A DNA stretch of 61,185 nucleotides. Origin: Candidatus Saccharimonadota bacterium. GTDB taxonomy: Bacteria > Patescibacteriota > Saccharimonadia > Saccharimonadales > HK-STAS-PATE-42. Shown here piece after piece: positions 10,145 through 19,446 of the stretch. How positions within the stretch are numbered: the first letter of the stretch is position 1; each line of letters begins with the position of its first letter. The stretch lies in the NCBI GenBank assembly GCA_036826375.1, contig DAISWL010000003.1, positions 1 through 61,185 of the forward strand. The letters run 5' to 3'. Below the pieces are notes generated by a model. The model had not been told where the DNA came from. It saw nothing but the letters and a program-made list of their open reading frames with translations, and did not search any database. The translations under genes and the position numbers were made by a program.

Positions 10145-10774
10145 TTATTTACCTCCTCCTTGTGATTGAATTTGGATACTTACATAAGATTTTCTAGGAC
10201 CCGGGACAGCACCTTTAATACCGATAACCCCAGCTTCTTTGTCAATATAAGCAACACTAAGATTAAGCACAGATACTTTATCGTGTCCCATCTGACCAGG
10301 CATTTTTTTGCCTTTAAATATTTTTTGTGGGTACATGGATCCTATAGAACCTAGTTTTCTAGTATCGCCTTTGCCTCCGTGAGTTTTAGCTTGACGATGG
10401 AAATTGTGGCGTTTAATGCCTCCGGCGAAGCCCTTTCCTTTGCTGGTTCCGGTAACCTTCACCTTATCGCCAATTTCGAATTCAGAGACATCAAAAGAGC
10501 TACCAACAGAGGTAGCTTCTTCGTCAAAATCTATTCTAAATTCTTTAAGTTTAGCCGGCATAATACCTGACTTTTTTGCGTGTCCCGCCAGAGATTTACC
10601 GATCTTCTTGCCGCCATCAAGTCCAACCTGAACAGCTTTATAGCCATCCTTATCTACGGTTTTGACTTGCGTTACAGTACATAGACCTGCACTTATAAAA
10701 GTGACAGGAACAACTGAGCCACTATCGCTAATGATTTGGCCCATGCCTAACTTTCTTCCGAAAATTGCCTTCAT
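10145..10774 (-). CDS. rplC: 50S ribosomal protein L3
   Basis: SKGKGFAGGIKRH, GKKMPGQMG, GAVPGP. Confidence 0.98.
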   Translation of the reverse strand: MKAIFGRKLGMGQIISDSGSVVPVTFISAGLCTVTQVKTVDKDGYKAVQVGLDGGKKIGKSLAGHAKKSGIMPAKLKEFRIDFDEEATSVGSSFDVSEFEIGDKVKVTGTSKGKGFAGGIKRHNFHRQAKTHGGKGDTRKLGSIGSMYPQKIFKGKKMPGQMGHDKVSVLNLSVAYIDKEAGVIGIKGAVPGPRKSYVSIQIQSQGGGK

Positions 10775-10821
10775 AACGCTCCTAATTATTAACTTTTAGT
10801 ATTATTTGATGTTAAAAGATG

Positions 10822-10933
10822 CTTGAACATGGTGAAATTTGATTTAAAAAAATTCACATGTACAAGGAAAAATTCCTGATTATCTTGAGGTTTCTAAGAA
10901 AATATGTTCTCAGACCTGCAAAACTATCAAGAT
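10822..10933 (-). promoter_or_regulatory. Two-hairpin structured 5' leader of the rplC operon
   Basis: Imperfect stems 10822-10840/10850-10866 and 10882-10888/10927-10933 with inner stem 10889-10916. Confidence 0.5.
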
Positions 10934-11017
10934 CTCACATTAACAACTGGTCATTATCTGAAACTATTCATCTCAAATAGGCTACAGAAGTTCTCGCAAA
11001 TTTTTAACTACCATATA

Positions 11018-11047
11018 AGTTTATCAACTTGAGGTGCCTAATGTCAA
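11018..11047 (-). promoter_or_regulatory. Sigma70-type promoter of the rplC operon
   Basis: Minus strand TTGACA-N18-TAAACT with TG extended -10. Confidence 0.65.
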
Positions 11048-11185
11048 CACTATTATAAAATTAATAAGATTGGTTTACAAAATTATGCCGATCCAGCAAG
11101 TTACACTGCAGGCAGGTATACTCGAGAGAGCGTGCGCTAGCTACTAAGCTTATAGTATTAGGCTGGCCACATTAAGCTTAATTAT

Positions 11186-11737
11186 TTATTGGTAGAAGCT
11201 AATTTTAGCTCTAGCCATTATTTTCTCACTAATTAAACATAAATCTTCAATATTTTCTGGAAGCTCCTCTTCAACCGGAGAGGAAACTACCATTATTCCA
11301 CCCTCCTTAAGAATTGGCGATAATTCCTCCAGGTACCTAATCTTAAAATTATTATAGGGAGGATCGATAAAAATAATATCAAACTGCAAATATTTATTAT
11401 TTCTTACAAAATTATAAGAAGATGACCTCCTAATAGAATAGGCTGACGGATCAATCCTTAAGCCTAATATATTTTTCTTAAGTTCGGCAAAAGTAAACCC
11501 ATCCTTCTCCACGAACTGAGCAAAAGATGCTCCACGACTCAAAGCCTCTATTCCTAAAGATCCACTACCGGCAAACGGGTCTAGTACTCTGGCTCCGTCG
11601 AGCTTAGTGTTTAGAGAATTAAAGATAGCCTGGCGTTGACGATTGCCCATCGGGCTAGATGCGAACCCCTTCGGGACCCTTAGCTTCTGGCCCTTAAACT
11701 TACCTGCTATTACTCTGACTATTTTTTGATCGGGCAT
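11186..11737 (-). CDS. rsmD: 16S rRNA m2G966 methyltransferase RsmD family
   Basis: RVIAGKFKGQKL, VLDPFAGSGSLGIEALSRGA, DIIFIDPPY. Confidence 0.92.
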   Translation of the reverse strand: MPDQKIVRVIAGKFKGQKLRVPKGFASSPMGNRQRQAIFNSLNTKLDGARVLDPFAGSGSLGIEALSRGASFAQFVEKDGFTFAELKKNILGLRIDPSAYSIRRSSSYNFVRNNKYLQFDIIFIDPPYNNFKIRYLEELSPILKEGGIMVVSSPVEEELPENIEDLCLISEKIMARAKISFYQ

Positions 11738-11739
11738 AT

Positions 11740-12543
11740 TTATACCTTGCGAGCATCCTGGGTTGCCTTAAGCCAGCTAGTCAACACCGTGCAGGATAGG
11801 GTTGGCATCAGCACTTTTTTGGTTTGATTGGCCAACTTTGGCGTCCAGCCATACTTTAAAAATTTCTCAAACATGTGTAGAGAGTTAATTTCTCGAGCAG
11901 CTTGCTTAAAAATATCGATAACATCCTGGTTAATATTAAAAGTAATCTCTTCATTTTTTATATTAAGTTTAGTACGACCCAATACGGCAATAGAAGCAAT
12001 GCCAAATTCAAAGCCGGCATGCGAAATAATCAGGCCCTTCGTCCCCCAAAAAGCCCAATTTTTGCTAGCAGATTCTCTCTTGGTTCGACCTTTAATGTAA
12101 AGCTTCTTCCCGATTAGAGTTTCGCCATCTACAGAATTTGACCTCAGATTTTCTACCTCCTCTAGATAGGGATGGTGGTGGGCGGGAGTTAGCCCATCAA
12201 CAATACTATGCGATAGCCAGGCAGCTTCGAAAGCCGCTTTTTCGCCTTCCTTGGCGGATAGAGCCTTAACTAAATTTAAGTAGTGCTCTTTAATATGTTT
12301 AATGATTTCTTGATCATCATCGCCCATTACGTTGTAGAAGTGAGCAGGTTCATCGCATCCAGCGCTCTTACGTTTAATGCCGTCCGGCCCATTATTGCCT
12401 TCAAAGCTTAATATTTGTCGCGAACGAGGGAAGAATACTCCTGGTCTAAGCTCCTCTAATTTCTTGCGAGCAGTTCTATCTATTTTTTGATGCACTCCAA
12501 TCAAGTTTCCAGAGTGATTTCTGAGGGTGGTTCCTGAATACAT
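11740..12543 (-). CDS. Hypothetical protein, possible zinc-dependent phospholipase C/P1 nuclease-like
   Basis: His/Asp clusters (GVHQKID, EPAHF, WLSHSIVDGLTPAHH); likely ATG start at 12543 (MYSGTT) rather than TTG at 12633. Confidence 0.5.
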   Translation of the reverse strand: MYSGTTLRNHSGNLIGVHQKIDRTARKKLEELRPGVFFPRSRQILSFEGNNGPDGIKRKSAGCDEPAHFYNVMGDDDQEIIKHIKEHYLNLVKALSAKEGEKAAFEAAWLSHSIVDGLTPAHHHPYLEEVENLRSNSVDGETLIGKKLYIKGRTKRESASKNWAFWGTKGLIISHAGFEFGIASIAVLGRTKLNIKNEEITFNINQDVIDIFKQAAREINSLHMFEKFLKYGWTPKLANQTKKVLMPTLSCTVLTSWLKATQDARKV

Positions 12544-12827
12544 AGTATTAAGTTTAATTATACTCGACTTACGCAAAACCTTCCAATCAACAGGATCCGC
12601 TCGGCCGGTAAAAACTAGTTTCGCATCTACCAACGCAAACTACTAGCTTCGCCCCCATTAGATAAAACTACTTTTTCTTGCGCCCAAATCTGAACCTAAA
12701 GAGCCACAATTTTTCGGGTAAATCGGATATAGCATAAAAATTAGGGATATCAGATCATTTTCATTAATTAAACCAGCAATTAGGCGTGGCGGTTCGACCA
12801 TGAATAATGACTTACCACTGTTGAAAT

Positions 12828-13226
12828 TTAAGCTGGTTCAGAAGCTGTGACAGCTTCTTCTTTTGTATCAGTTTCTACTGAGGGCTCTTCTAACTCTGGA
12901 GTTGGCTCCTCTTTTGGCTGATTTTTTCTTAGCTTATCTGGATTTCTTATTTTAGATTCGTGTTTTGCATCGAACTTGAACCAAGCTGGCATCTTTATTC
13001 CTTCATTGACCATGAGCCTAGCAACTCTTTGAGTTGGTTGAGCGCCGTTAAGAAGGTATTTATTCGCATCGTCCTTGTCTAAAACTAGCTCTTTAGTATG
13101 AGGATTATATCTACCAATTAGTTTTACAATTTTGCCACTAGTCGGTGTTAAATGGGATTGTTGGACAACGATCCTGTAAACTGGATATTTTTTACGGCCG
13201 ATTCTTTGTAACCTAATTGAAAGCAT
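12828..13226 (-). CDS. rpsP: 30S ribosomal protein S16 with acidic tail
   Basis: MLSIRLQRIGRKK, GRYNP, GAQPT. Confidence 0.97.
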   Translation of the reverse strand: MLSIRLQRIGRKKYPVYRIVVQQSHLTPTSGKIVKLIGRYNPHTKELVLDKDDANKYLLNGAQPTQRVARLMVNEGIKMPAWFKFDAKHESKIRNPDKLRKNQPKEEPTPELEEPSVETDTKEEAVTASEPA

Positions 13227-13288
13227 AAATTTAAAATATTCCCTTCTGTATGAATTTATTTAAGCCTGAGTTTAACTTATTAACCCTA

Positions 13289-13318
13289 ATTGTAACTTAA
13301 GTTTAGCTGCCCTGTCAA
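13289..13318 (-). promoter_or_regulatory. Sigma70-type promoter of rpsP
   Basis: Minus strand TTGACA-N18-TACAAT. Confidence 0.65.
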
Positions 13319-13502
13319 TGCCACTAACTAATTATTTTAAAGCTTGCTCTAAAATATTAATCCCGCTCCTGTTGTTAAAATAAAGATACAAGGATCAACA
13401 GCCCAGAGATATAGGGGCCATAATGATCTAGGGATACATGTAAGAGTATATTCGGGTAAGGGGAAGTCTCACCTGAGATCCAGATCTAAGCCAACGATTG
13501 CA

Positions 13503-14759
13503 TCACACACCACCGGTTATATCGTATTCACTGACTATCTCTTCCCAGATACGCCCAAGATGGTTGTTCCCTTTTCCATCTTCTCCTTCCCCCCAAAACG
13601 AATCTGATCTATTCGCTTCGATAATCTTCACGCCCCTAAGACTAGAGAGTCTCGTTTGTATCCAACAATTTTGTGCTACTTTCTCCCTCACTATTTCCTT
13701 CATCCATTGTATCTTGTCATCGGAAGTTACTTGCCCCTGTAGCAAATGGGCGTTTTTTTGTGCGATCTTTAATGCATCTATAGGAGAACTTGCGTTAAAT
13801 ATTGCCTCAGCAACTTCCGTGTCAACGTCCCTGTACTTACGCCATTGGTACGCATGTTCAGAAGTAGGAAAGCATTTGTCGAATATTGAGACTGGAAACG
13901 CAGACATGTTTGAGAGATACTGGTATGGCCCTAAAAAAAATCTTACCTCACTATCATCCATATAACTCGCCTCTCTTTCTTCTCCCGGTTCTAGCAATGT
14001 TTTAATAAAATTTGTAAATTTTGGGTACCTATCTCGTAATATATCTTTTGAGATGATACCATATCTCCCAGGATTCTTATATGGTCTGTCGATGTATACA
14101 GGGAACCGAGGAACAAGGTTTAGGATCCTATCTTCAAAACCCCAACTGACCGAATTGACAGCACTAAATCCCGCAGCTTCCGGGGTCGGTGCATTTTCGG
14201 TTAAACCTATCATATCTGCACTAGCAAAACTCGGATTAAGCGCCATAAAAGCATAGCGAATGTCGTGCCCAGTGGGATCCAACCTTTCTCTGATCTTGGC
14301 AATTTGATTCCCAGTTACGCACCAATCATCTAAGTAGAGTAGTCGCTTTTTCTTTTCATCACCAACCGCATCTGAAAAAGTAAATATAGGGGGGGTAGAG
14401 CTATCACTACTTTCTCGGATTAGTCTTGCAGTCCACCAAGGGTTACTTCTTTCCAGTCTGTCATCAACCAATAAGCCATCATACCCATTTATTCCATCTA
14501 ATACCCGACCAATAGCGTTTAATATATCCTGATCTGATAAGTAAATTATTCTACCCAAGAAACTATCTTTACTATCAGGGTTAAGTTGCTCGATCGATTC
14601 TATATACCGGCCTAGTGTTATTATTTCAGGATCGCCCGATTTAAAAAAGTGATCTGAACGAGAACCACCAATAGCAACACCGCCGACTCCCCGTACGTTA
14701 ATTTCTCTATTTAATTCAACTGACGGGACGTCTTGTTTAATTCTTTCTATTCCTACCAT
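13503..14759 (-). CDS. PRTase-like domain fused to C-terminal NADAR (YbiA-like) domain
   Basis: LLYLDDWCVTGNQ (PRPP-loop-like); YLSN..FPTSEHAYQ..IIEA..DSFWG..G.N.LGRIWEEI (NADAR). Confidence 0.8.
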   Translation of the reverse strand: MVGIERIKQDVPSVELNREINVRGVGGVAIGGSRSDHFFKSGDPEIITLGRYIESIEQLNPDSKDSFLGRIIYLSDQDILNAIGRVLDGINGYDGLLVDDRLERSNPWWTARLIRESSDSSTPPIFTFSDAVGDEKKKRLLYLDDWCVTGNQIAKIRERLDPTGHDIRYAFMALNPSFASADMIGLTENAPTPEAAGFSAVNSVSWGFEDRILNLVPRFPVYIDRPYKNPGRYGIISKDILRDRYPKFTNFIKTLLEPGEEREASYMDDSEVRFFLGPYQYLSNMSAFPVSIFDKCFPTSEHAYQWRKYRDVDTEVAEAIFNASSPIDALKIAQKNAHLLQGQVTSDDKIQWMKEIVREKVAQNCWIQTRLSSLRGVKIIEANRSDSFWGEGEDGKGNNHLGRIWEEIVSEYDITGGV

Positions 14760-14892
14760 TATTGATATAATACAATAATTGCATATTTAATACAACTATT
14801 TAATACGGCCCGCTCCTATAGGCCATTAGTCCGTCTGTCGAACTGAAAGTCGCGATTGATCTAGCGACAGATTTATTCTGGACATATACATC

Positions 14893-17694
14893 TTACAAAT
14901 ACTTCCCTGTCCAGCTGGTTTTGTTAAGCTTAATTTGTGATGGAGTTCCAGTTGCTACCACCTGTCCGCCTCCGCTTCCGCCTTCCGGGCCAATATCGAT
15001 GATGTGATCAGCCGCCCTTATTACATCAAGATTATGCTCAATAATAATCATACTGTTGCCGGAATCGACGAGAGCATTCAACACGCTTAAAAGTTTTTTG
15101 ACGTCATCTATATGTAAGCCTGTGGTTGGTTCATCTAGAATGTAGATTGTTTTGCCGGTTGCTCGCTTACTGAGTTCGGTTGCTAACTTAACTCGTTGAG
15201 CTTCACCTCCTGAAAGAGTAGTAGCTGGTTGCCCTAAGGTAACGTAGCCCAGGCCAACATCTACTAAAGTTTGGAGTTTTTTACCAATACCTGGCTGATT
15301 TTTGAAGAAATCTAGAGCATCATCAATAGTTAAGCTTAGTACTTCGCTGATGTTTTTGCCGCCAAAAGTAATTTCAAGTGCCTCGGTATTGTAACGTTTG
15401 CCTTTGCAAGATTCACAAGGGACGTATACATCTGGAAGAAAATGCATTTCTATTTTAATCATGCCATCTCCCTGACAACTCTCGCATCGCCCGCCTTTAA
15501 CGTTAAAACTGAAACGACCAGATTTATAACCACGAATGTTGGCCTCTGGAGTAGCTGCAAATAGTTCACGTATCGGAGTGAACAAGCCAGTGTAAGTTGC
15601 AGGGTTAGAACGAGGAGTTCTGCCAATTGGCGATTGATCAATTAGTACAATTTTATCCAGATTTTCAATTCCGGTAATTTGATCGTGCTTGCCCGGAACT
15701 GTGCTAGCTCGGTTAAGTTGACGGAGTAGCTCCGCTGCCAAAATACTATTAACCAAGGTTGATTTACCAGATCCGGAAACGCCAGTTACGGTAACCATTT
15801 TACCTAAGGGGAAATCGACATCTATATTTTTAAGATTATGTTCCCGCGCGCCCTTAACACTTAAGCTTAAGCCGTTGCCAGCTCTAACTTTTTTAGGTTT
15901 AGGAATAGATTTCCGGCCAGAAAGATAATCGCCAGTTATGCTGTTTTTGTCATCCGCAACCTGCTTTGGGGTTCCCTGGGATATCAACTGTCCACCGTGG
16001 ATGCCCGCCTTCGGGCCTATATCCACTAGCCAATCAGCGCTCTCGATAGTCTCTTCATCGTGCTCAACAACAAGAACTGTATTTCCAATATCTCTAAGAT
16101 GTTTTAAGGTTTTTATAAGTTTAGCGTTATCACGTTGATGCAACCCAATTGAAGGTTCATCTAGAACATATAGAACGCCTTGAAGACCAGAGCCGATTTG
16201 GGTAGCCAGGCGAATCCTTTGGGCTTCGCCTCCTGAAAGAGTGTTAGCAGCCCTATTTAAGCTTAAGTAACTGAGGCCAACATCACTTAAAAAACTTAAC
16301 CTTTCATTTACTTCTTTAATAATTGGGCCGATGATTACATCTTGTTGCTGAGATGTAGATAAATTCGAGAAATACTTCAGCGCATCTTCTGTGGTTAATT
16401 GAGAAATTTGATCTATCGATTCACTATTAAACTTAACCGCTAAAACAGACGGCTTAAGTCTAGATCCGTTGCAAGAATTACAAGGCAGCTCACGCATATA
16501 CTTTTCAATGTCTTTCCTAACAGCATCACTTTCGGTTTCTTGGTAGCGTCTTTCTAAATTATTGATTATGCCCTCGTATTTAGCATCGAAAGTACGGCCG
16601 CTAGAACCAAGGCGTACTGCGTACTTTTGCTTTCCCGTTCCGTAAAGAATTAAGTTTAGTTGTTCAGGTTTTAAATCTTTAACTGAAGTATTAAGATCAA
16701 ACTTATAGCTATCGGCTACGGCACGCATTAAGTTCATATACCAGCCATCGTAGCGCATCCCGCCAAAAGGGCGAATTGCACCCTGTAAAATAGAAAGATT
16801 TTTATTAATCAAAAGCTCGGGATCAACCTCCATTTTGCTACCCAAGCCTGTGCATTCTGGGCAAGCTCCGTGTGGTGAATTGAAACTGAAAATTCGCGGT
16901 TCTAGCTCTGGAATCTCAACCTCAGGATGATCAATACAGGCGTAAGTCATACTATATTTGTTAATCTGATCGTTATCTGCGTTCATTAAGCTTAAGTGGC
17001 CAGTTCCAACCTCAAGAGCTTGCTCTACGCTATCAGCGATTCTGGCTCGTTCGGAATCTGAAATCACAACTCTATCTATAACAACTTCAATGGTATGTTT
17101 TTTTTGTTTCTCTAGGGTTGGGAACTCATCTAACTGGTAGATGACGCCATCGACTCTGACTCTGGCGAAGCCTAATTTTTTGTATTGCTCGGGGATGTGA
17201 GCAAACTCGCCTTTTTTATCGTTAACTACTAATGAAAGGATTATAGATTTTTGCCCTTGATTTAAGCTTAATACCTCTTCTAGAATTTGATCTTTAGTTT
17301 GTTTACTAACTTTTTTACCGCACTTTGGGCAGTGCGGGATCCCAGCCCGAGCAAAGAGTAGACGCAGGTAATCGTAAATCTCGGTTACTGTTCCAACTGT
17401 AGAACGGGGGTTGCGGCTGGTAGATTTTTGATCGATAGATATAGCCGGAGAAAGGCCTTCTATTCTATCAACATTTGGTTTTTCCATCTGGCCTAAAAAC
17501 TGGCGAGCATAACTACTTAAACTTTCTACATAACGGCGTTGACCTTCGGCATAAATTGTATCAAAGGCTAAGCTAGATTTCCCCGAGCCTGAAAGCCCAG
17601 TTATTACCACAAATTTATTGCGTGGAATATCGATATCAATATTCTTAAGATTATGCTCGCGAGCACCTCTGACCCTTATAAATTCCTCACTCAT
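14893..17694 (-). CDS. uvrA: Excinuclease ABC subunit A
   Basis: [14 protein letters not shown], two ABC domains, LSGGEAQR twice, zinc fingers. Confidence 0.99.
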   Translation of the reverse strand: MSEEFIRVRGAREHNLKNIDIDIPRNKFVVITGLSGSGKSSLAFDTIYAEGQRRYVESLSSYARQFLGQMEKPNVDRIEGLSPAISIDQKSTSRNPRSTVGTVTEIYDYLRLLFARAGIPHCPKCGKKVSKQTKDQILEEVLSLNQGQKSIILSLVVNDKKGEFAHIPEQYKKLGFARVRVDGVIYQLDEFPTLEKQKKHTIEVVIDRVVISDSERARIADSVEQALEVGTGHLSLMNADNDQINKYSMTYACIDHPEVEIPELEPRIFSFNSPHGACPECTGLGSKMEVDPELLINKNLSILQGAIRPFGGMRYDGWYMNLMRAVADSYKFDLNTSVKDLKPEQLNLILYGTGKQKYAVRLGSSGRTFDAKYEGIINNLERRYQETESDAVRKDIEKYMRELPCNSCNGSRLKPSVLAVKFNSESIDQISQLTTEDALKYFSNLSTSQQQDVIIGPIIKEVNERLSFLSDVGLSYLSLNRAANTLSGGEAQRIRLATQIGSGLQGVLYVLDEPSIGLHQRDNAKLIKTLKHLRDIGNTVLVVEHDEETIESADWLVDIGPKAGIHGGQLISQGTPKQVADDKNSITGDYLSGRKSIPKPKKVRAGNGLSLSVKGAREHNLKNIDVDFPLGKMVTVTGVSGSGKSTLVNSILAAELLRQLNRASTVPGKHDQITGIENLDKIVLIDQSPIGRTPRSNPATYTGLFTPIRELFAATPEANIRGYKSGRFSFNVKGGRCESCQGDGMIKIEMHFLPDVYVPCESCKGKRYNTEALEITFGGKNISEVLSLTIDDALDFFKNQPGIGKKLQTLVDVGLGYVTLGQPATTLSGGEAQRVKLATELSKRATGKTIYILDEPTTGLHIDDVKKLLSVLNALVDSGNSMIIIEHNLDVIRAADHIIDIGPEGGSGGGQVVATGTPSQIKLNKTSWTGKYL

Positions 17695-17744
17695 TAAGCT
17701 TAATTATAGCACGGGGAACAAGCCGACTCACATATCATCTAAAG

Positions 17745-17764
17745 GGCTAACTTAAGCGTTATAC
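17745..17764 (+). other. attI-like simple site at the left end of the array
   Basis: GGCTAAC-ttaagc-GTTATAC: inverted AAC/GTT cores with 6 bp spacer. Confidence 0.5.
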
Positions 17765-17864
17765 AAAACTCCGCTTCGCATAACTAAATTCTTTCCGTAA
17801 TCCTTTATCCTTGATATACTAACGTATATCGGAGTAAAGGACTCCGGAAAGACCCTGCCCATTA
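17757..17864 (+). repeat. Internally deleted copy of the 18521-18687 palindromic repeat
   Basis: Matches 18521-18687 with one substitution, except for a 59 bp deletion bounded by GCTTCGC microhomology. Confidence 0.9.
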
Positions 17865-17954
17865 AACGCAATTCAAAAAATATTTTTCTCAACATAAGGA
17901 ATTTTTATAGGCTTAAGAAAATTTAATAAACTTCAATCTATAAGCAATATTATT

Positions 17955-18344
17955 ATGAAAACAATATTAGTAGACGCAATCAACGCCTTTGTTCTAAAAG
18001 ATGAAGGAATCTTTAATGAAATGTATAAAATGCTTGAGCAGTATCCAAATAGAAAAATCATTCTTACAGGTGCAAATGATGAACAAATGGAAAAATTTGG
18101 ATTAAACGATATGCCCTATGAGGTTTTTACTCTCAAGCACGACCCTGAAAAAACTGATCCAAATTATTTCAAGATTATGCTCAAGCATTTTAATTTGAGC
18201 GCTGATGATGTTGTATATTTTGAACATAATGAGGATGCTGTAAAAAGCGCTCAATCAGTTGGAATCAATACATTTCATTACGACAAAGACGCAAAAGACC
18301 TTGGGGCGTTGAAGAAGTTTATCGACGGAAGCCTATCAAAATAA
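17955..18344 (+). CDS. HAD-like hydrolase (cassette gene)
   Basis: ILVDAINAFV (motif I-like), K..P.YF, YFEHNEDAVKSAQSVGI (motif IV-like). Confidence 0.7.
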   Translation: MKTILVDAINAFVLKDEGIFNEMYKMLEQYPNRKIILTGANDEQMEKFGLNDMPYEVFTLKHDPEKTDPNYFKIMLKHFNLSADDVVYFEHNEDAVKSAQSVGINTFHYDKDAKDLGALKKFIDGSLSK

Positions 18345-18428
18345 ATATAGAAACGAAAAATATTTTTTGAACTTCTCGCTATCGCTCGACCACGCTGCGC
18401 TCTCACTACACTTCGTTTCGTTCGGGGC

Positions 18429-18528
18429 GTATAACAAGGGATAAAAGGTTCAGCCCTCGGCTCGGGCTTCACCCAAATTTTTCTTCCACTTCGTTCCAGA
18501 AAAACTTCTTTTATCCCTAACGTTATAC
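18429..18528 (+). repeat. attC-like site 1
   Basis: GTATAAC-aagggataaaag...cttttatccctaac-GTTATAC. Confidence 0.65.
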
Positions 18529-18690
18529 AAAACTCCGCTTCGCTACGTTTTGTATAATGGGCAGGGTCGTTAAACTTAGTTATAGCTTCGCTTTCGCTTC
18601 GCATAACTAAATTCTTTCCGTAATCCTTTATCCTTGATATACTGACGTATATCGGAGTAAAGGACTCCGGAAAGACCCTGCCCATTATAC
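18521..18690 (+). repeat. ORF-less palindromic unit (37 bp hairpin plus AAT/ATT variant attC-like site)
   Basis: TTATACAAAAC/GTTTTGTATAA hairpin; GTATAATGGGCAGGGTC (18552-18568) pairs perfectly with GACCCTGCCCATTATAC (18674-18690). Confidence 0.7.
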
Positions 18691-18752
18691 GACATTTGAG
18701 CTGGGGCCTACAAAAGCAAAGATTTATTACTTTTCTAATTAAACCTAATATT

Positions 18753-19253
18753 ATGGATGATGAAAACTTTATGAAAGAAGCACTCAAAGAAGCGGAAATC
18801 GCTTTGAAAGAAGGCAATTGGCCAATAGGTTGTGTAATTGAACTTGATGGAAAAATTATTGCTCGCGCCCATAACCAAGTTTATACTTTGAAAGATAAAA
18901 CCGCCCATGCCGAAATGCTCGCAATAAAACAAGTTCAAAATATTTTAAGAGAGAATAAGAGAAAAGCTACTTTATACACAACCTACGAACCTTGTCCAAT
19001 GTGCTTCGGCGCCACAATTCTTAGTAGAATTAAAAGAGTTGTTTCTGGAATTGATTTAGACAAAAGTGGCGCCATGTTTTTTAGAGATAATCTTCCGCTT
19101 CTTTTCAAACAAGAAAAATTTCATGTTGAATTTACGAACGGAGTTCTTGCAGAGGAATGCCATAAAGTTTTCATCCAAGGGGAACCAACCAAAAATTTAA
19201 TTAGAGATGGTTTAATTAGAAAAAATCATGATTCTGAAAAGTTAGATTTATAG
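18753..19253 (+). CDS. Zinc-dependent nucleoside deaminase (TadA/guanine deaminase family; cassette gene)
   Basis: HAEMLAI and EPCPMC motifs; ATG at 18753 (MDDENFM) preferred over TTG at 18696. Confidence 0.9.
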   Translation: MDDENFMKEALKEAEIALKEGNWPIGCVIELDGKIIARAHNQVYTLKDKTAHAEMLAIKQVQNILRENKRKATLYTTYEPCPMCFGATILSRIKRVVSGIDLDKSGAMFFRDNLPLLFKQEKFHVEFTNGVLAEECHKVFIQGEPTKNLIRDGLIRKNHDSEKLDL

Positions 19254-19330
19254 ACGGCCCCAGCTCAAACGCTTCGGATTTTCTACGAAAATCCTCGTGC
19301 CGTTGCACTCTCGGACTTCGTCCTCGCATC

Positions 19331-19446
19331 GTATAACAGGGGATAAAGAGTTCGAAGGGTTGCACCCTTCTCTCCCAAATTTTTTTCTCAGCCAGTTCGC
19401 TATCGCTCACGGGAGAAAAAAACTTTCCTTATCCCCGATGTTAGAC
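19331..19446 (+). repeat. attC-like site 2
   Basis: GTATAAC-aggggataaag...ccttatccccgat-GTTAGAC; homologous to 18429-18528 with compensatory changes. Confidence 0.65.

Larger units (their letters stand above)
17745..19446 (+). mobile_element. Integron-like gene cassette array without integrase in the window (CALIN-like)
   Basis: Alternating GTATAAY...RTTAKAC palindromic sites separating AT-rich single genes; see findings. Confidence 0.65.

Noticed and set aside
1953-11000. Absence of rpmD (L30) and rpsJ from the cluster as a novelty
   Set aside because: L30 loss is an established CPR trait and rpsJ may lie elsewhere; used only as a lineage clue
18278-18817. 179 aa minus-strand ORF across the repeat region
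   Set aside because: Runs through palindromic repeats and overlaps two real plus-strand genes; no recognisable motif
17757-19446. CRISPR array
   Set aside because: Repeats are long, variable, internally palindromic and separated by genes rather than constant-length spacers; no cas genes
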